From Octopus vulgaris (Eukaryota), in NCBI GenBank assembly GCA_951406725.2, contig OX597821.1, positions 44,764,001 to 44,828,000 on the forward strand: 64,000 nucleotides of DNA, in the 5' to 3' direction. A program made the translations under genes and the position numbers. Positions 51,248-64,000 of the stretch are shown one piece after another (the stretch's first letter is position 1; the number at the start of each line of letters is the position of its first letter). Below the pieces are notes generated by a model. The model worked only from the letters and a program-made list of their open reading frames with translations, was not told the DNA's origin and searched no databases.

Positions 51248-52960
51248 TTAGAATCGAAGGGCTTTAAAGTCAACCTTGCTAAAACCAAAGTCTTAATAAG
51301 TAGGAAGGAAGACAAACCACAAATCGCTTCAGGTAGATGGCCCTGCTCAACCTGTAGAAAAGATGTAGGTAGAAACTCCATAAGATGTACCTGATGTAAG
51401 CTATGGACACATAAGGGGTGCAGCAATATCAAAGGAAGGCTAACTGGGAAGATAGTTTTTGTATGCGGAAAATGCTCAGGTGCTATAAACACTGAAATGT
51501 ACAGAGAACAGCTTCTGTCACATTCCAGGGAGAAAAACTAGAAGTAGTTGATAGCTTCCATTACTTAGGGGACCAAGTCAGTAGCAGGGGTGGATGCTCA
51601 GAAAGTATAGCTGCTAGAATAAGAATAACCTGTGCTAAGTTCAGAGAGTTCTTACCTCTGCTGGTGAGAAAGGGCCTCTCACTCAGAGTAAAAAGTAGAC
51701 TGTGTGATGCATGTGTATGAACAGCCATGCTACATGGCAGTGAAACATGGGCCGTGATTGCTGAGGACATGCGTAAGCTTGCAAGGAATGAAGCCAGTAT
51801 GCTCCGATGGATGTGTAATGTCAGTGTGCATAATCGACAGAGTGTAATTACCTTGAGAGAAAAGTTAGACCTAAGAAGAATCAGATGTGGTGTGCAAGAG
51901 AGATGACTGCACTGGTATGGCCATGTGGTGAGAATTGATGAGGATAGCTGTGTGGAAAAGTGTCACACCCTAGCGGTTGAGGGAACCTGTGCAAGAGGTA
52001 GACCCAGGAAAACCTGGGATGAGGTGTTAAAGCATGACCTTCGAACATTGGGCCTTACTGAGGCAATGACTAGTGACTGAGACCTTTGGAGATATGCTGT
52101 GCTTGAAAATACCCACTAAGCCAAGTGAGACCATAGCCCATGGCCTATGTCAGTGGATGTAACCAGCCCTCTTATGAATACCCCTCATTCATTGGACAAT
52201 AAACTTTGCTTGCAAAAGCCTATTGAGGCAAATGAAATCAAATCAAAATCACTCACATGGCTGATGATATTACCACCTGATTGGCACTCATGCCAGTGAA
52301 ACATTAAAAGCAAATCCAAGCATGATCGTTGCCAGGGCCACGGATTGGCTCCCATGCTGGCAGCACGTAAAAAGCACTATTCAGGCATGTTCTGGTGGCA
52401 CGTAAGAAACAACATTTAAACATGGTCATTGCCAGTGCTGCTGGACTGGCTTCTGTGCAAGTAGCATGTAAAAAACACCTTTTGAGCATGGTCGTTGCTG
52501 GAACCGGCTGACTGGCCCTCATGCCGGTGGCACATAAAAGCACCCACTACAATCTCGGAGTGGTTGGTGTTAAGAAGAGCATCCAACTGTAGAAACTTTG
52601 CCAGATCAGATTGAGCCTGGTGCAGCCTTCTGGCTTGCCAGTCCTCAGTCAAACCTATTTCTTTATTACCCACAAGGGGCTAAACACAGAGGGGACAAAC
52701 AAGGACAGACATAGGTATTAAGTCGATTACATCGACCCCAGTGCATAACTGGTACTTAATTTATCGACCCCGAAAGGATGAAAGGCAAAGTCGACCTCGG
52801 CGGAATTTGAACTCACAACGTAACGCAGACGAAATACCGCTAAGCATTTTGCCCGACGTGCTAACGTTTCTGCCAGCTCGCCGCCCTCAGTCAAACCGTC
52901 CAACCCATGCCTGCATGGAAAGGGGACATTAAACTACAATGATGATAATGATAATGATAG
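51248..52960 (+). mobile_element. 5'-truncated RTE LINE (end of RT, C-terminus, 3' UTR, (ATG)n tail)
   Basis: LESKGFKVNLAKTK, a Cys-rich PHD-like segment, FHYLG and GRPRKTW; stop at 52117-52119, then tandem-unit UTR. Confidence 0.9.
52656..52885 (-). mobile_element. tRNA-derived SINE (family A) inserted in the RTE 3' UTR
   Basis: TSD ctcagtcaaacc (52644-52655, 52886-52897). Confidence 0.92.
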
Positions 52961-53481
52961 ATTTTCACTATTTGATCTCTTTAAAATTTCAAACAGATCC
53001 ATGCAGCAACATGAAAAGCATATGTTAAACGATGATGATGATGATGATGGGCTACTTTTGAACATTAGAAGAAAGAAGAGAAGATTTGGAAATTTACCAG
53101 GGCATAGAAAATTGAGTCTCTTCTAAGATATGATGCTGCAGTTTACAGAACTATTCAGATAATCAGCAGAGGTTTTATTTCATCTGTTGGTGGCTTGTGT
53201 TTTGCAGTAAAGATATGTTAAAGAGACAGTCTACTATACAGGCTGTTGTACAGGTGATGCTAAAATCCTATGGAGATGATTTGAAAATTTCCATCTCTAT
53301 TATAATATAAATACCCATTTCTGTGTAATAATTTTTTTTCCCAGCTCAATATATCACATTGCATGAAAAATGATGGTCTGTTGTTTTATATATCTAGGGA
53401 AACCAAGCATTTATTGTATGGCTCTTATATGGTCATTGTTTTTATGTCTGCTTCCCATATTGCTGCTGCTGATTATATATT

Positions 53482-53484
<3 letters not shown>

Positions 53485-53571
<87 letters not shown>
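53485..53571. repeat. (TA)n(CA)n microsatellite
   Basis: Read directly from the sequence. Confidence 0.95.
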
Positions 53572-53573
<2 letters not shown>

Positions 53574-54114
53574 AAGACATTGTCATCTTTAGGCTCCTAA
53601 ATCTTCCTGACTAGAGATGTCCTGCCAACCCTATGTCTTAATTTAAAAGAAGAATAGTGGTTACGTAAATGCCCCTTGAGATTTACAGAGCAGCTGATAT
53701 AAATATAAGTATTAGTTACCTTACAACATCACATTTGTAAACCACATTGACCATAAAGCCTACAAGATATTTTGTCTAAACAATTGCACCCAATATTTTC
53801 TAATACTTAAAATTTATTATTATGGGTATGCAATCCAACATTATTATACTACATTAGTTCAAGCTCGTGAGAGCTACTAGTATTTGCATGGAAGGAGCTG
53901 GGGTTTATATTATTATGATCAATATTATTATGGCTATAATTAGTTGCTGAATCTGGGTTCAGAGGCCATTGGTACTGGGCATCGTCATAAGATACTGACA
54001 CTAGAGGGTCATGGGTGAGTGGTATAACACAATGATTTCCAGCACAAGTGTTAGTATTCTGTGTATTTAGCATATTGACAACATGAATGGGAATAGATGC
54101 GATGTCATTACAAG

Positions 54115-56090
54115 CAAAGTTTATTGTCCAATGAATGAGGGGTACTCATAAGTGGGCTGGTTACATCCACTGGCATAGGCCATGGGTTATGGTCTCACTT
54201 GGCTTGTCAGGTCTTCTCAAGCACAGCATATCTCCAAAAGTCTCAGTCGCTAGTCATTGCCTCAGTAAAGCCCAATGTTCGAAGGTCGTGCTTCACCACC
54301 TCATCCCAGGTTTTCCTGGGTCTACCTCTTGCACAGGTTCCCTCAACTGCTAAGGTGTGACACTTTTCCACACAGCTGTCCTTATTCATTCACAGCACAT
54401 GACCATATCAGCGCAGTCGTCTCTCTTGCATACCACATCTGATTCTTCTTAAATCCAACTTTTCTCTCAGGGCGCTTACACTCTGTTGTGTGTATGCACA
54501 CTGACATTACACATGCAGCAGAGCATACTGGCTTCACTCCTTGCAAACTTACGCATGTGCTCAGCAATCACGGCCCATGTTTCAGTGCCATGTAGCATGG
54601 CTGTTTGTACACATGCGTCTACCTTTTACTCTGAGTGAGAGGCCCTCTGTCACCAGCAGAGGTAAGAGCTCTCTGAAATTTACCCACGCTATTCTTATTC
54701 TAGCAGCTACGCTTTCAGGTCATCCACCCTGGCTACTGACTAGGTCACCTAGGTAATGGAAGCTATCAACTACTTCTAGTTTTTCTCCTTGGAATGTGAC
54801 AGAAGCTGTTCTCTGTACATTTCTGTGTTTATTACTCCTGAGCATTTGCCACATACAAAAACTATCTTCTCAGTTAGCCTTCCTTTGATATTGCTGCACC
54901 CCTTATGTGTCCATAGCTTACACTGGGTACATCTTATGGAGTTTCTACCTACGCCTTTTCTACAGATCGAGCAAGGCCATCTACCTGAAGCGATTTGTGG
55001 TTTGTCTTCCTTCCTACTTATTAAGGCTTTACTTTTAGCTAGGTTGACTCTGATGCCCTTCAATTCTAATCCTTGTTTCCACACTTGAAACTTTTCCTCT
55101 AGGTCTGATAGTGACTCAACAATTAGAGCAAGGTCATCAGCATAGAGGAGCTCCCAGGGGCATCCTGTCTTGAATTTCTCTGTTATTGCCTGGAGGACTA
55201 TGATGAATAAAAGAGGGCTGAGGACTGATTCTTGGTGGACCCCTACCCTAACCCGGAATTTTTCATTGTACTCGTTGCCAGCCTTCACCTTGCAGACAGC
55301 ATCCCTGTACATGGCTTGCACAGCTCTCACTAACCATCCATCTATCCCTAGTTTCCTCCTTGACCACCAGATAATGGATCGGGGGACCCTGTCAAAGGCT
55401 TTCTCCATGTCAACGAAAGCCAGGTACAGAGGTTTATCTTTGGCTAGGTATTTCTCCTGCAGCTGTCTTACCAGAAATATAGCATCAGTGGTGCTTTTCC
55501 CTGGCATGAACCCAAACTGCATCTCATCTAGACTGACTCTCTCCCTAATTAGTTGGACCCTCTCTGTGACCTTCATTACCTGATCCAACAATTTGATACC
55601 TTTGTAGTTATTTGTATCTAAAGCGTCACCTTTACCTTTGTAGCAGTTGACTATAGTGCTGCTACACCAGTCATTGAGTATGACTCCTTCATATATCATC
55701 CGCTTAAGTATAGGCTGATTAGGCTATAGCTGACACCACCAGATATTTTGAGCATCTCTGCAGTGATTCCTGGGAGCTTTCCCTGTCTTCAGACCCTTAA
55801 TTTCTTTGTCTACTAAGGTACTGCCAATTTGGATAGCTGGTCCCTCAGTTGGGTTGACATTTGGCCATTCATTCTCTTTATTTAACATAGTGGCATATCC
55901 AAACCTTTCTCTTTGCAGCCTCATTTGATGCAAGTGAACCACCATCTATGCAGACACATTTCTCTCCTACAACATCATGATTCTCTCTCACACACTGTCT
56001 TGCAATACGAAATACCTCAAGTCTTTGGTTCTCACAGCACAGAACATTGGCAAATGTTTTCTTATCTGCTTCCCCTTTGGCTAAATAAAC
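54115..56090 (-). mobile_element. RTE LINE relic with RT domain (ORF 54776-55699)
   Basis: QFGFMPGKSTTDAIF, AFVDMEKAFDRV, GVHQESVLSPLLF and LLYADDLAL. Confidence 0.95.
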
Positions 56091-56294
56091 CTATTTTTTA
56101 ATAATTAATAATTTTGTTTGAGACCCTGGCAAGGGCTAAATGTAATTAAAATTATCATGATAAAAATGTTTAAATGTCAAAGTCAATCAATGCAAATTTA
56201 TAATTTATATTTTATCAGTATAAAACATATTGGAATCTATTAATGTTTCATGCTAAACATTTTCTCACTACAATTATGTATATATATATGTATG

Positions 56295-56402
56295 CTGTGT
56301 GGTAAGAAGCTTGCTTCCTAACCACATGGTCCCGGATTCAGTCTCACTGAGTGGCACCATGGGCAAGTGTCTTCTACAATAGCTGGAGGCAGACCAAAGC
56401 CT
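56295..56402 (+). mobile_element. SINE family B, 5' fragment
   Basis: gctgtgtggtaagaagcttgcttcc...gggcaagtgtcttctac. Confidence 0.75.
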
Positions 56403-56504
56403 TTTAATCTTTCAATTGGCACAAAGCCACCATCCCCAACTCAATGCCTCTGCTACCTCTCAGTTGAGGGGCTTTTGCCTTTTTGTTTTGCAAGGTGACT
56501 GTAT

Positions 56505-56700
56505 TGGTGATAAAAAGCACCCAGTACACTCTGTACAGTGGTCGGTGTAAAGAAGGGCATCCAGCTGTAGAAACCAAGCCAAAAGAGACAATGGAATCTG
56601 GTACAGCTCGTGGCCTTGCCAGCTTCTATTAAACCATCCAACCCATGCCAGCATGGAAAGCAGACGTTAAATGATGATGATGATGATGACGACGACGACA
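56505..56700 (+). mobile_element. RTE 3'-end repeat
   Basis: Family signature plus an (ATG)n/(GAC)n tail. Confidence 0.8.
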
Positions 56701-58022
56701 ATGATATATCATAATTGTGAACTTATTTATATACAGTGTTCAGGTGCACTATAATTTGTTGGAAAATGTTAAAAAAGGGACAGAAAATAACCATAAATTA
56801 AGTAAAGAAAGACCACCATGATAATCAACAGTACATGCATAGTACACAGAAAAAATAAACAGAATTTGCTAGAAATTTGAATAATAAAAGAGCTATAGGT
56901 GAATGGATACATAGGCATGTCAGGAGGCAAATAAAAGAATCAAAGATCCTTCCCAAGTCATAGGTTCATAAAGCCAGTTTCCTGGATTCTATGGTGTGTA
57001 TATTCCCCACCTGGATGGGACACCAACCAGTTTCAGGATTACTCCCCTTTGCCAACTGAGTAGACTGCATCAACATGAAATGAAGTGCTTTGCTCTTCAA
57101 CAGAAATCAAAACCACAGTTTTACAATTATGAGTCTAACACCCTAACCACTAACCCATAATCCACCAGGTGTAGTACTGGCAACCTTTCAGAAGTATGAT
57201 ATTTTTTTAAGGATATAGTGTCCTTGCGGCAAACAACCAATACAGGTAGTTTATTCATGCTTCAACAAGTCTGAGAGTGAAAAAATTGTTTGCAAAAGTC
57301 ATAAGTGCAGCCCTTTTTTTTTTTTTTTTTTTTTTCAGCATGCCCACATGTGGTTGAGATATTGAATTCAGAAGATGGCCAAAGTTGTTGCTGGAAAACT
57401 GGCAGGTTTCTACTAAGTCAGCTATTAGATGTTGAAACTTTAGTGTGTCAATGCCTAGGGAAGCAATACATTCAAGACATGGTAACTGACTGACAAGCTT
57501 TCATTTGGTTGCATGTCTCTAGACAGCTTCTAATAGATCAATATTCTGGGCAAGGTTGGGATTCCAGACTGGGGAAGCAAACAGTAAGCATGGACATACA
57601 ACAGTCATATATAGCTTTAAGTAGACAGGTGATGAGTAGTTGACAAAGATCTTACTGAGTGATGCTAAGACATCTTCACTTTTTTGACAATTTTAAAACA
57701 GATTGCTGTTGATGATAATGCTTTCATCATATTCAATCTTTGTAAATGTTAATATACATTCGTCATAATTTTTTTTTGGTGGGGGGGTCTTCAGCAATGT
57801 AACTACACACATGCTGTTGGTGATTTCTTTTCCTTCTTCAGACTTTTCCCTTTCTCCTTTCTGACAAAGAGCTATGCTCAAAATGTCAAAATTCACTTTT
57901 TTTTTTTCCAGACAGTCAAGCTAATTACATTCCTTGTGCATGTCCTCTTGTTTGTTATTGTTAATTTTATTGTTCATTTATTTGAATTGACTATATATAT
58001 AACTCACTGCTCTCCACTGCAG

Positions 58023-58600
58023 GGAGAATCTTTGCCAGCCTCATTCTGGATTGTCCAAGTCATTGTGGAGGAAGTCCTACCCGAATCACAATGTGGATTT
58101 CAACCATTCAGAGGGACAACTGACATTATCTTTTGTGCTTGGCAGATACAAGAAAAGAGTAGAGAACAACAAAAACCTCCCTATTTTGTTTTCTATAACC
58201 TCAAAAAGGCCTTTGATACCATCCCAAAGCCTTCAATGTGGAAGGTCCTCTGATGCTTCAGCTGCTCCAATCAGTTCATTTCCCCAGTACGACTGGAACC
58301 ATCTTCATAGCTTGTCCCCTCCATCGATACAAGGACCAGCTGAAGCAAAGCCTAAAATTAACTGGAATCGATCCTAAAGCCTGGGGCATTGAAGCTCAGA
58401 ACAGGCCTGGCTGGCATCATTCTATCTCCACTGTGAAAGATTATTTTGAAGCTGAATGAAAGGAAGGAAGAAGAAGAGAAATGACAAGAAAGAAAATAGA
58501 AGCTGCAACAACCAAAACCTCCACCACAGATCCCTTGTGAACTTGGTAATAGATGCTTCCATATGAGAATCAGCCTCATTAGACGTCAGAGGCATAAATA
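58023..58600 (+). mobile_element. Second RTE-clade (BovB-like) LINE relic, internally deleted
   Basis: EEVLPESQCGFQPFRGTTDIIF..QEKSREQ..LKKAFDTI is joined to RYKDQLKQSLK..W..AQNRPGW. Confidence 0.75.
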
Positions 58601-59199
58601 TGGACAGAGGGGAAGAAGCCAAATAAATGATCAGATACAATAAAACACTGATGACAATATATATAGCATTATAATCTTTGTAAATGTTACCATCTCAATG
58701 TATCAATAACCTGAGCACCCTGCAAATCTACAGAAATGGATGTCATCAGCAGATAGAACTTCTAACATAAGTTCTTTCCACAAGTAGCAAAAGGGCAGAT
58801 ATTCCTATTTGGTTAGGTATTCTCTAAGGAATAGTTCAATACTTTGGTGATCACACACCAGCAAAGTGATGTACATAATCTCCACCTTCATCTAGCCTTT
58901 CAAGGATGGCTTCCTTTCAGTCCATGTTTGTAGGCTTCTTCACAGTTCCTCACACCCTGGTGGTAAGATCTGAACCCATTCCTAAAATCAACAACAGGGG
59001 CTGAGCAGCTTGAATTTACCTGGTGGTGGTGGAGATGGGAATGAACATCACTGTATCCAAACCAAAATAAAACTAGAAAGAGAGTAAGAAATTATCAAAG
59101 TTCAATGACCTTAAAACAGAGATAAGCAGGATGTGGGGTATGAAAAATAGAAGCAGTGCCAATGATAATTATAGCATTGAGTATGATAAAGGAGGAGAT

Positions 59200-60733
59200 G
59201 TACAAGGACATGAAAAAACAATATCAGGACACATGAATCTACTTGCACGTCCCTGCCATGTACAACTCATTTCTTATGTGAAACACTTTGAATTCAACAG
59301 ACAGTCTACTCACACAAAATGCTAGACTTCACCAGCATGGAGATTTTTCAAAGACTGTTTCATAAAATCTAGCCTTCCTCTTTGGGGCCACAAAATACTT
59401 GAGCCTCCAATAACTATTAATCATTTACAAAGAGCAAGTGAAACATAATAGAGGACTTCTCATAAATTATGAGCAAAGAGACTGACATGTCTACAGAGAT
59501 TTAGATTAGAAAAATGGGCTAACGCAGCCTTGAAGAGATAGAAATTAATTAAGAATGCTAATAGAATGCTAGTGAAAGACACAGAAATATGAGAATTAGA
59601 CCAGACATAGACATATAATTCCTTAGGTATCAATGAACTGGGTAATGCACAATACATGCAAATGAAAAAATTTGATTAGGAAGGAATATTACAGACATAT
59701 CAGACTAACACTTAAAACAGTGTTAAATGTAAAAAACAGGTAATAGATATCAATACTATAACAGTCCTAACAAGAAGTCACAGTTTTAATAAACAAACTA
59801 GCAAGACTAAATAAAAGAAACAAGAAAAATATTGATTGCATTTAGAATATGCCACCCAAAATCTGACACAGAAACATTATATTTACTATGAATACAGGGG
59901 GCTAGAGGCCTTTTACAAGTAGAAAAGTTTTATAAAATAACATTGGTGTATAAAGATATCTAGTAAAGAATCATGGAAAATTTATACAAATAGCTACCAA
60001 ACATGAACAAAACAACTGTTTTCTCTGTTCAAAGAAGCCAGCAAAATATCAGAAAGAGATTGCAATAGCAGAGAGTTATGATGAAAAAAAAGGAATAACA
60101 ACAGAAATTGTGAAAATGCAAAAATTGTGCAGCAGAATGTCATGTTGAATTTATGGCAAGAAACATCTCAAAATGGTTTTAGTGAATTGAGTGGAAATAG
60201 ACAAGGAAAAATTACAATGTAGCCTGAGAAAGAAAAATAAACCCACCAAAAATTGAATACAATAAATAACTGCAGAATATGTGAAGATGAGGAAGAACTA
60301 ACTACCCACATTACCTTTGGCTACCTAGTCTTAGCCCAAAAGAATGAATGCATTCACAGACTTATAGCGCCACTATTATATAATGAAATACCAACTGAGA
60401 ACATACATCAGAAAAGCTCTCAGAAAATGACAAAGTAGCTGCAATCTTGCATATATCAATAATTGCAGACAAGAGGGAAATCAAAACCATTGTTGTCAAA
60501 GACCATCAGAAAAAGAAATACTTCCTAATTAAAGTATCGGACCCAACAGTTTGTATGTACTGTGACATAGACTAGAGTCACTCTATCACTTTCTGAAACT
60601 TTTTCTAATGTATATCTATATTCTAGTTATTGTCCTCTGCTTTATTGCATACTCCTGGTACTAACTCTCAGATAAATGGAGAAATTATCCAAATACAAAG
60701 CTATGGAAATAGAGATAAACCAAATGTTGGGAT
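59200..60733 (+). mobile_element. Decayed RLE-endonuclease non-LTR retrotransposon (R4/Dong-like)
   Basis: Remnants HPKSDTE..QGARGLLQVE, CRICEDEEELTTHITFG (CCHC-like), IVVKDHQKKKYFLI and EKLSKYKAMEIEINQM. Confidence 0.65.
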
Positions 60734-60845
60734 GAAAGGCAAAGTTGATCTTGGCGAGATTTGAACTCAAATTGTATAGAGCCAGAAGAAATGCTACAAA
60801 GGATTTTGTCCAACGTGCTAACCATTCTGTTAGCTCACTACCTTA
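60730..60845 (-). mobile_element. SINE family A, 5' fragment
   Basis: ggatgaaaggcaaagttgatcttggcgagatttgaactc...tgctaaccattctg. Confidence 0.7.
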
Positions 60846-61074
60846 ACAACTACAAGAATAACAGCAGCAACAACAACAACAACTGGACCCGCTGTCTTCA
60901 ACAGATTGGACTTTACTAAAGGGATTCAAGTCTCCGATATAGAGTTAAACTATATTTATGTAAAGAAGGAAAACTTTGACAGGGATCAAGATTTATAAGG
61001 ATGGAAAATAAAACTGAGTATATTTATGCTTTTTCCAAGGTCCATATTAAAATTTTTAGATATTCTGTTTTTCT

Positions 61075-61447
61075 GGTCTTTTTACTTGATTCAGTCTGGA
61101 GCACTACCATGAGGAATTTTTAGTGGAATGTATCAACCCCAGTACTTATTTTTTAAAAGTTTGGTACTTATACTATCAGCTTCTCTGGCTAAACAGCTAA
61201 GTTACGGGGTCGTAAGCACACCAACACCACTTGTCAAGTGGTCGTGGGGAGGACAAACAGACACAAAAACACACACATACAGAGGTATATAGATACATAT
61301 ATACGACAGGCTTCTTTCAGTTTCCGTCTACCAAATCCACTCACAAGGCTTTGTTCGGTCGGAGGCTATAGCAGAAGACACTTGCCCAAGGTGCCACGCA
61401 ATGGGACTGAACTCAGAACCATGTGGTTGGGAAGCAAGCTTCTTTAC
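61075..61447 (-). mobile_element. SINE family B
   Basis: Reverse complement of the 20203 family (cttctttcagtttccgtctaccaaatccactcacaaggc...cacttgcccaagg). Confidence 0.85.
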
Positions 61448-62269
61448 CAGAAAAAACATAAACAATGCTTGTAAAAAGCCCTAAATGAATGAGGTCTGCC
61501 AAGTTAGATTCGTTATGCCTTAACATTTTAACACAAGAACTTAACAGTATTATCAAGTGAATATTTGTTCAACGAACAAAATATTGAAATGATAGAATAT
61601 GTTTATTATGCTCAGATGTGCAAATAATGTTCAACATTTCGACATTTATTCACTGTACAAGTATATAAAGGGAAATAACTCCCAATACTCCAAGCCTCCA
61701 TCTTATCACAGCAAATAGAGTTGTTCAATGATAAATGACGACAGGTTTTATTGAACGATCACCTTAAATAATAAATAGTCTGAACGTTTAATTCTTACCT
61801 CTTACATTTTTTTACTTTGCTCTCCTTTCTCCCGCCGTGGCTTTCCTCGAAACATATAAATAAAGGGAGGCTATTTGGATTCACTTGTGCTCCATTGATT
61901 AAAAACAGTTTATTTTAAAGCTACGATATTCTCTTGTTATCATTCAATCTACTAGAAATAGCAACTAAATCTCCCTCAAGTTACATTCTGTTGTCTTTTG
62001 AAATGCACTAGTTCAGTGCAGAATCTTCGTTTTCATTAACCAATAGCTTTGTGAATTATGCAATCTGAGATACAAAAACGCCTGAATAAAACACAGGATG
62101 GTCAGGGTTGGAACATCTTTGTTCATGAGTTGACCTGGGGCTAAACAACAACAATGTTCAATACCTTTATTACTAATCCTAACGTCAAAGAAACAAGCGG
62201 TAGTAAAATCTAAATATTTGAGTTTTGAAATATATTAGATTTACCGTAAAAACTCCTCTTGATAATTAA

Positions 62270-62446
62270 CCCATTTGATACCAACCCACCCTAGACTACT
62301 TTTGGTTCTATGATATCTAAATTGTAATCTTCCATCAAAATTTCACGTTAATTTATATTCCGAACACCAGCTTAAAAAGGTGAAGTTTTTTTCCTAAATT
62401 TATCTTTGACGTAGTATATTTTATTAACGATTTGATAATGAAAGGG
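62270..62446. mobile_element. piggyBac-type MITE (family 1, degenerate)
   Basis: TTAA|CCCATTTGATACC ... GATAATGAAAGGG|TTCA. Confidence 0.6.
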
Positions 62447-64000
62447 TTCATTACTTGTCTATCTGTTGTATGTCTATGTGGTTAAGAAACCCACTTCACA
62501 ACAATGCGGTTACAGATCTGATCCCCCAGTGCAGAATTTTGGTGTTGAATTGACCAATATTTTGTGAGTGGAAGTTAGGAGATGGAAACTGTGCAGAAGC
62601 CCATCATATATATATATATGATGTATGTATGTGATAAGGGCTGAACAGCATAATGCATTGTGTCACTGAGCAAGGTGCTTCATTTCATGTTGCTCCAGAC
62701 TACGTGGTTGAATATGAGTACCAGCTGTGTACTGGTGTAGCTCACATTCCCTTCAGCAGTCCACATCCTGGTTGTACCACTGGGTTATATGCTGGGAAAA
62801 TCTAGACAGTGTCTATGTCTGCATGCAGCTATATGGGAGTCAGAAATAATTAGAGAAAGTGTGGTATGTTATCAAGCCATACTCATTTGCAGGTGAAGGC
62901 TGATTCTTATTGCATGTACATGTGTGTTTCTTTTGCCAATGTATATTGGTAAAGAATGTAAACCTTTGCCAACGATCAGACAATGAAACAGTAATTGGTT
63001 TATCGCAAACTGGTGACTCATTGCATTATTGTTCCCAAATTATCATCTACATGAAACAAATAAATAAATGTCTGTAAATTTTTGTCTTTTTTATTGGTTT
63101 CTATATCCTTAATGGAGACATTCTCATCTAAATTCCATGGCAAATTAGCTACAATCTATTTATAACTTCATGTCAGTTCAGGGTCAACTAGTCACGATTT
63201 TTTTGTCAGTGTGCCACGCCATGTCCCACAATACTTTCACTCATTTGCCTTTCTGTAACCTTTTTTAGGCATATAATACAAGCTGATAATAATATCAATT
63301 TTCACAGTTTGTGCTTGTGCATATATTGTCATGTCCAGGTCTGTGAACCTATTATGTGAATAAATGTTTCATCAAACCCACATATACTAGATCTTACATA
63401 TCATTTACATCAACCTTTTTTTTTAAAACAGTTTACATTAGTGTCAGTAAAGAAGTCAATGATCTTTAGTTTAACCATAAACTCTTCATGTTCTCTCTAT
63501 AATTTCTAACTGGTCAATCCCAGATGACTAATTCAGTCAGGTTTCACAATATACTCATGATAATTTCCTATGCAATGGTTGAATTTTGCTCTTTATTTTC
63601 TAATTCATTTTGTAGAATTTTTCTTTGTACCTTATATATCTTTCTTTTATTGTTTTCATTCCCCTTTCAAATTTTTGTTGTTCTACCTTTAACTTTAATC
63701 CAACCTTAAATTTCACTACTTCCTCATGGATGGTCATTCACATTTTTACCATTTTCATAATGGTATTGCAGTAAAAACACAGTGAGGGGCATAGTCCTCC
63801 TACCTTTGATTAAACTGTTGGAAAAATAATTGTATTCTGATATATTTTGATTCCAATTGCAGCTGTTTTATCTCAGGATTTTAACTGTTGTCCTCCCATA
63901 CAAAGGGAGGAGTTTTGTTTTTTTATTACCATCCAATCTTAGGATCACATTCATTCTCCAATTATTTATATTTATATTGTATGAGTGAACAAAAACAGCA

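Noticed and set aside
54776-55699. 307-aa RT ORF as a functional or domesticated gene
   Set aside because: Truncated and frameshifted at both ends, with the Q-G motif mutated (QES); an ordinary LINE relic.

Overview
AT-rich, repeat-dense eukaryotic DNA. The SINE and RTE repeat content points to a cephalopod, probably Octopus; this is inferred, not verified. One host gene is supported, on the minus strand. Two in-frame coding exons (12649-12475 and 1801-1239) give a 245-aa single-pass membrane protein with PPPSY and LPSYEEAL (Nedd4/WW-binding) motifs, and a likely CpG-rich non-coding first exon lies near 32.4 kb. The rest is intron or intergenic sequence filled with decayed transposons: Tc1, mariner, a pogo element split by a gag-less Gypsy element, RTE, CR1-like and R4/Dong-like LINE relics, tRNA-derived SINEs with exact TSDs, and hAT- and piggyBac-type MITEs. 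The most notable items are a ~1 kb foldback (4612-5633) with a decayed hammerhead-ribozyme motif in each arm, the Commissureless/PRRG4-like protein, a 94-bp MITE with a telomeric core and 6-bp TSD, and a 3x250-bp tandem repeat spanning a pogo/LTR junction. Coordinates of degenerate repeats are approximate, and identities are estimated by eye.
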